Assembly (NCBI RefSeq): GCF_018350175.1
Contig: NC_058383.1
Coordinates: forward strand, 8,930,001 to 8,994,000
DNA: 64,000 nucleotides
DNA from: Felis catus
Lineage: Eukaryota
Reading direction: 5' to 3'
Shown here one piece after another: positions 57,831-64,000 of this stretch. Within the stretch, counting starts at the first letter, position 1; every line of letters starts with the position of its first letter. The notes beneath the pieces are model-generated. The model was not told where the DNA came from. It saw only the letters and a list, made by a program, of their open reading frames with translations, and made no database searches. Both the position numbers and the translations under genes were made by a program.

Positions 57831-58959
57831 GAGGCAGGTGTGGGGGGACAAAATAAGGTGGGAACAACTCACCTCTTCATGTTACACTATCGTCTTTTGT
57901 TTTGGGTGTCATCCTGTTGACTAAGGACGTGGGTTATTGATACTTTATCCCAACTCGATTTTGCTCTCTATGTAAATGACAAACTGTCAAATCTAAAAAG
58001 GTCTGGTCATTTCTTTACCAGCCAAATCTGTCAGACCGGCCTGACACCCCTCAGTGAGTTCGAGGTTGAGCCATAACTTGGTCTGAACAGGGACTATGTT
58101 CTGCGACTTTACAGTGACCAGAGGACCCTCGAGGAGCAGGCAGAAGGGACAAAGAGCACCTCCCCAAGTTTCCAGCCACGGGAGGGGAAAAATTACCCAC
58201 CGGCTGTGTTTTTGTTGTTGTTGTTGGTGGTGGTGGTGTTGTTTTAATCATTGTATTCACCTCTCTGCTCCCAGGTCTACTAGATGTCCTCTTTGAAACA
58301 CGAAAATGATGCTAAATGTTTCAGAAAGTGTGTTTTGCTCTCATAAAACACCAGAGTTTTGTTTTCTGTTTTGCATAGTAATTTTTTAAGTTTATTTGTT
58401 ATTTATTTTGAGAGAGAGCAGGGGAGGGGCAGAGAGACAGGGAGAGAGAGAATCCCAAGCAGGCTCTACACCATCATCAGGAAGCCCGACGTGGAGCTCG
58501 AACTCACGAACTGTGTGACGGTGACCTGAGCCGGGGCCAAAAGTGAGGCACTTCACCGACTGAGCCGCCCAAGCGCCCCTGTTTTGCACAATAATTTTGA
58601 TTCAGCATCGTGTTCGGACTGGAACTAAGTTCTTGTCTCTAGCATTTGAAGTGTTGGGGAAGAGTGCTTCTTTCGTGGAGAACCATCCATACTACTGGTT
58701 TCCGGAAGAAACGGAGCGGTGTCCCTGGGAATCATGGTCTATGGAACTGGAGCGGCTGTCATGAGGGCGATGGTGTGAGATCCACCGGGTCAGGGGCTGG
58801 ATGGACACAGTGCAGTCATCGAATAGTGGAGATGGTACATTTGGGATCTGACTGAAGCAGGTCCAGAGAACACAAGTAAAAGAAGCAACTTCCTTTGCTT
58901 CTAGCACATCATCACTGTCAGCATCACCCTACGGAGGAAGGCGTGGGCAGTATCCCGAA

Positions 58960-61550
58960 CTTGCCCATGTTCGCAAACCGAAACGCTCTCCCCTTTAAAC
59001 ACTAGCTCCCCATTCCCCTCTCCCAGCCCCTGAAAGGTGATTCCACTCTGTCTCTCTGAACTTGACAAATCCCGGGACCTCATATAAGCAGAGTCATGCA
59101 ACACATGTCTTATGTGTCTCCCTTGTTTCTCTTAACATAATGTCTTAATATTTTTTTTAATTTTTATTTATTTTTGAGAGAGAGAGAGAGAGAGAGAGAC
59201 AAAGAATGCACAGGCGAGGGGCGGGGTGAGGGGGAACACAGAATCTGAAGCAGGCTCCAGGCTCTGAGCTGTCAGCACACAGCCCGACACGGGGCTGGAA
59301 CCCAGGAGCCGTGAGATCATGACCTGAGCTGAAGTCGGACGCTTAACTGACTGAGCCACCCAGGTGCCCCTTTGTTTCCCTGAATTTAAAATGCCCTCTT
59401 CCTCTGGCTGTTTAAGAATTTTCTCTTTCTCTCTTCAGTCTACTGAAGTTTGACTTTGATATGCCAAGGTATGGTTTGCTCTGTATTGAGCCCATTAGGG
59501 TTTACTGCACTTCTTAAATATGTGGATTCATACCTTTCATCAATTTTAGAAATTTCTCAGCCAGTAACTCTTAGTACTCTGGTGCTTTTTCTCCATCTTC
59601 TCCTGCTGGCTCTGGTTTTCAGCACTGACTCGCCTCCAGATACTGGAGATGAGAAGTCCCTTTAAGGGTTGCATCAAAGCACTGCCTCCGTGCTGGGTTC
59701 CCCTGGGTGTCCTGAGCTTATTTTCTTCCTTCAAGTTTTCTCGGGCGGTAAAGAAAAGTCAGCCAACTCCACAGTTCATAGAATCGCCATTGCCCCCATA
59801 TCCTTCAGGATCTAAGACTACAACATACGTGAGATTCTTGGCAACTGTCGTGCCACATCCACAGGAGCAGAGAGGCACGGACAGTTGAGGTGTGTGGCTC
59901 TCAGGGCACGTGGTAAACTCAAAGGTCAGCCAAAGAGACGTGGGTTATAGCTTCGATAGCATTATCTCCACAAGATAACCAGATGGGCAATGAGGAAAGC
60001 TCTTTAGAGAAAAATACCAGCTAATAAATGCCTAAGGAATGATAAAATTCAACATCTTATAGCACTCAGGGAAATAATGGATGCAGGAACAACCACCACA
60101 GGCTGCAAAAACCATTAGGTCAGGTTTTTGGAGCTTTATAATGGATGGATTAGCCTGCCAACTTCTAACCCCCAATCAATCCTATCATGACTAAAAGCGA
60201 GTCCTGAAGTGAGATGATGGAAAGAACATAGAACTTCTTATGAATCAAACAAATAAGCAAAAAAATTGAACTTGAGGGGCGCCTGGGTGGCGCAGTCGGT
60301 TAAGCGTCTGACTTCAGCCAGGTCACGATCTCGCGGTCCGTGAGTTCGAGCCCCGCGTCGGGCTCTGGGCTGATGGCTCAGAGCCTGGAGCCTGTTTCCG
60401 ATTCTGTGTCTCCCTCTCTCTCTGCCCCTCCCCCGTTCATGCTCTGTCTCTCTCTGTCCCAAAAATAAATAAACGTTGAAAAAAAAAATTAAAAAAAAAA
60501 ATTGAACTTGAATCCAACCACGTCTCTAGATCTAAATATGAGTTTATTTAAAAGATTATTGTAATACGGGGATAGATGAACATGTCAAAGAACACTTGGG
60601 GAAAAAAAGGGGGGGGCCACCTGGGTGGCTCAGTTGGTTAAGCATCCTAATCTTGACTTTGGCTCAGGTCATGATCTCACAGTTCATGAGTTTGAGCCCT
60701 GAGTCAGGCTCTGTGCTGACAGCACGGAGCCTGCTTGGGATTCTGTCTCCCTCTTCCTCTGCCCCTCCCCTGCTTGCTCTCTATCTCTCAAAATAAATAA
60801 AAATAAACTTAAAAAAGAAAAAGAAAAGAACACACTTAGCCAAATCTAGAACTGAGAAAATCTACAGGAATATATACTCTGTTTCTTCAACAAATAATTG
60901 TCATGAAAAAGAAAAATGGGAGGGGATGGGGCGCCTGGGTGGCTCAGTCGGTTGAGCGTCCAACTTTGGCTCAGGTCATGATCTCACAGTTCGTGAGTTC
61001 GAGCCCCGTGTCGGTCTCCATGCTGACAGCTCAGAGCCTGGAGCCTGCTTTGCATTCTGTGTCTCCCTCTCTCTCTGCTCCTCCCCCGCTCACACGCTGT
61101 CTCTCTCTCAAAAATAAATAAAGATTAAAAAAAACAATGTTTTAAGAAAAAAAGAATCGTTTTTAAGAAAAAAAAAGACATAGATAAGATGTAGGAACTA
61201 AATGAAATCATCCAACTGTAAAAAAAAAAAAAACCAGCATTTTTGAGACAATTGGCAATATGAAAACATTGGGTATTAAGTATAAAAGAATTCTTGTTAA
61301 TTTTGTTAGGTGTGATAGTGGTATTACGGATTTTTTTTAAGGTTCTTATTTGTTAGGGACACATGCAGAAATATTTACAGATAAGACAATATGATGTCTG
61401 GAATTCGCTAATATTCCAGTGGGGGTGGGGTGGGGGCAGGGACAAAAACGAAAGTGTTGACAGGTGTTGAAGCTAGGTGATGAGTACGTGGGAATCACTT
61501 TGTATTCGCTCTTCTTAGGGCTATTTTTTATAACCATAATTAAACTTTTC
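58960..61550. mobile_element. Old L1 remnants with further SINECs (about 59150-59370 -, 60610, 60928 +)
   Basis: L1-type motifs and SINEC heads and tails. Confidence 0.75.
60276..60495 (+). mobile_element. Young SINEC_Fc with target-site duplication
   Basis: Near-consensus and CpG-rich. AAAAAAATTGAACTTGA on both flanks. Confidence 0.96.
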
Positions 61551-63524
61551 AAAAAGCACAAGTTGGCTGGTGAGGAGAAGGAGAGCCCCTGCACGGGGAC
61601 ATCGAGTCTGGAGCATGTTTATATGTGGAAGGAGGGATAGAACGACAGAAAAAGAACTCCCCCGTGGAGCCAGGGCTGGAGGGTCCCGGGAAAAAAAGGA
61701 TGCAAAGCCCAGGTGGCAGGCTTGACCTTGGCGAGGGTGGCAACTACAGTCCAGCCTCCATTAGATGAATGCCAGCTTGTGCCCTATTCACACGTTTGAT
61801 CTTAATTGGCCCTTACAGCCATCCCATGAGATGGCGTCATTATTCCCATTTTAGAGATAAGGAATCGAGACTCCGAAAGATGGGTGACTCACTCAGGGTC
61901 AGACAACCCGTAAATGGCAGATCCTGGATTGAAACCAAAGTTGCTGTACTTCCAAAGCTTGGAGCTATGAGACGGGATGAAGGTGGTGAGAGCGGAATGT
62001 CAACCATTGGAGGTGACAGAGGTGAAGACAGACGCAGCCTGTGCGACTGGTCGCCTCTCTTCCTTGGGCAGCTGGATGGGAGCTGTTAAGGACAGGGTGC
62101 CCGCCCTGCTGATCACACTGGGCCAGCCGGGGAGGCGGAGGTGTCCCCACAAGGAAATTCCGCAGGGAGAATCGTCAGGTGCCTCACGTGGCCCCCTCCC
62201 ACTCTGCGGCAGCTTCTTCAAGAGACAAAGGTGCAAATACAGAGAGTGTGAGTTGACCTGAGCTGCATATGAATCAGCAGAGGGTAGAAGGCTTCCAAAT
62301 AAAGCTCATGCAAATTCAGCTGCTACCAAGAGCCCCAGGAAGGGGAGGCGATGCCCAAGACTACCCCCATCTCACGGTGCTCTGACTGCACCTGAACTTC
62401 CATTCTCTGTGCAGCTGTGCCCTGCTCCTGCGTAGACACCTGTTTCTGAGCCAAATGCACAGACACCGGAGGGGCTTCAGACAGAAGCTGAATGACCAGC
62501 ACCAGACGAGCCATCTTGTCTACCTGGGGTTCGTTGTCACTTTGGATGCCTTCTGACTTCCACAGCCTGCCTTGAGTTCGTGGTTGGCCAACCCGAGCCT
62601 GCGTTTTCTTCTTTCGGCCCTTCTGAAGCAGTTGACAGGAAACAGCCCACAGCATACTTCTCACACTTTCCATTGCTCCTAAGCCTTTCAAGTGCCATCA
62701 AGGCGCATGAGCGAACACACCTTCCACCTGGGTCTTGGCTCCATCTATCAGAGGAGACAGCAGGAGCGATCACGCTGCTGTTGCCTGCTGGGGGTTGTCA
62801 CCCCCCCCACTGACCCCTCCCACAGCCTGCCCAGTGCACAACCCAATCCTACAATCCCATCCTGAGGGGCCGCTTCCTTGAGTCACTTCTACTACCAACT
62901 GTCTTAGCCTGGGTTCCATCCAGAAGGATGAGTCATTTATTTTGGGAAGCGATCCCAGGGTGACAGAAAGTAGGGGACAAGGAAGATGGAAACAAGGAAG
63001 AGAAAGCGCCAATCCAAGAGAGATTGATTGAGCTGCTCCCCGCTGTGGGCGTTCTGGGGCTGAAGCCAACTCGGACCCTCTGCGAAGCCCCATAGAGCAC
63101 ATCTCAGAATTTTCCACTCCAGGAGCAGAAGACAGAAGCATTTATCCATCAATTCCTGTCCCCATCGGTCAAGCACCCCACATGTAACGTTAACTCCCTC
63201 CCGCCACCAGCTCTGGATCCGCCTGAGTACCAGCGGGCCCCAGGGCGTGAAGCAAGACAAGTGCCATGCTCCAGGGGCAAGGCCCATAATAAAAGTCGGG
63301 TCGGGAAGATCTGAAGGGAAGGACAAGAACAGTGAGGAAAGGCAGTTTTTTCCGGTAAGCGATGCTGGGGAAACCAGATAATGAGATAATCAGAAAGCGA
63401 AATTAGTTCTTGACTTTTCCTCAAGCCCTGGAAACAGTTTTAGGTAAATCACAGATCCAAATGGCAAAGGCAAGCTAACGGAGTGGGTAACAAAAGAATT
63501 TCTTAAAGTAGGACACCAAAAGCG

Positions 63525-63740
63525 GTGCCTGGGCGGCCCAGTCAGTTAAGCATCCAACTCTTGATTTTGGCTCAGGCCGTGGTCTCATGGTTCTCAGGAT
63601 CCAGCCCCACGTGGGGGTCTACACTGACAGCTCGGAGCCTTCGTAGAGTTTTCTCTCTCCTCTCTCTCTGCCCCTCCCCCTGCCTCTTTCTCTCTCTCTC
63701 TCTCCTGAAATAAATAAACATAAAAAAAAAAACAAAAAAC
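63525..63740 (+). mobile_element. SINEC
   Basis: GGTGCCTGGGCGGCCCAGTCAGTTAAGC head, (CT)n, A tail. Confidence 0.9.
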
Positions 63741-63744
63741 CTTT

Positions 63745-64000
63745 CACATAGGGACACAGAAGGCATCCCGATGGCTAACAGACACATGGAAAGATGCTCA
63801 ACATCGCTCATCGCCAGGGAAAGACAAATCAAACCCACGATGAGATACCACCTCACACCGGCCAGAATGGCTAAAATGAACAACACAAGAAACAACAGGT
63901 GTCGGCGAGGATGTGGAGAAAGGGGGGCCCTCTTGCACGGTTGGTGGGAGTGCAAACTGGTGCAGCCACTCTGGAGAACAGTATGGAGGTTCCTTAAGAC
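63745..64000 (+). mobile_element. L1 ORF2 3' fragment, running off the window
   Basis: aacagacacatggaaagatgctcaacatcgctcatc...atgagataccacctcacacc...tgcaaactggtgcagccactctggagaacagtatggaggttcct. Confidence 0.93.

Noticed and set aside
60276..60360. tRNA-like A/B-box sequences
   Set aside because: tRNA-derived SINE heads, not tRNA genes.
47740..61121. Recurrent 'MAQSVKRPTSAQVMIS...' ORFs looking like a peptide family or array
   Set aside because: Translations of dispersed SINEC_Fc copies.

Overview
Mammalian genomic DNA from a felid, judged by abundant cat-type SINEC_Fc tRNA-derived SINEs. The window holds two known neighbouring genes on the + strand. (1) The 3' end of CUX1: probably the tail of the homeodomain-isoform 3' UTR with a non-canonical poly(A) site near 1.7 kb, then nine coding exons (10025-18710) specific to the Golgi-protein isoform CASP, ending ...AAAGDLWQ*. 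(2) The complete SH2B2/APS adaptor gene: CpG-island promoter near 22 kb, a probable non-coding exon 1, and eight coding exons 32986-44462 giving 637 aa ending ENQYSFY*. All exon phases close. After about 47.5 kb the sequence becomes AT-rich and dense with SINE/L1/MaLR/hAT repeats. I found no wholly new gene system. The most interesting signals are regulatory: two uORFs in the SH2B2 leader (one overlapping the main start as ATGA, one ending exactly at the exon-1 donor), a GC-AG intron inside the SH2 domain, tandem splice sites, miR-17~92-family seed sites split between the two CUX1 3' ends, CUX-type ATCGAT motifs around SH2B2, and a SINE-tail-derived AT-rich palindrome. Most long ORFs in the track are GC-content artefacts. 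Repeat names and boundaries are from pattern recognition and are approximate.
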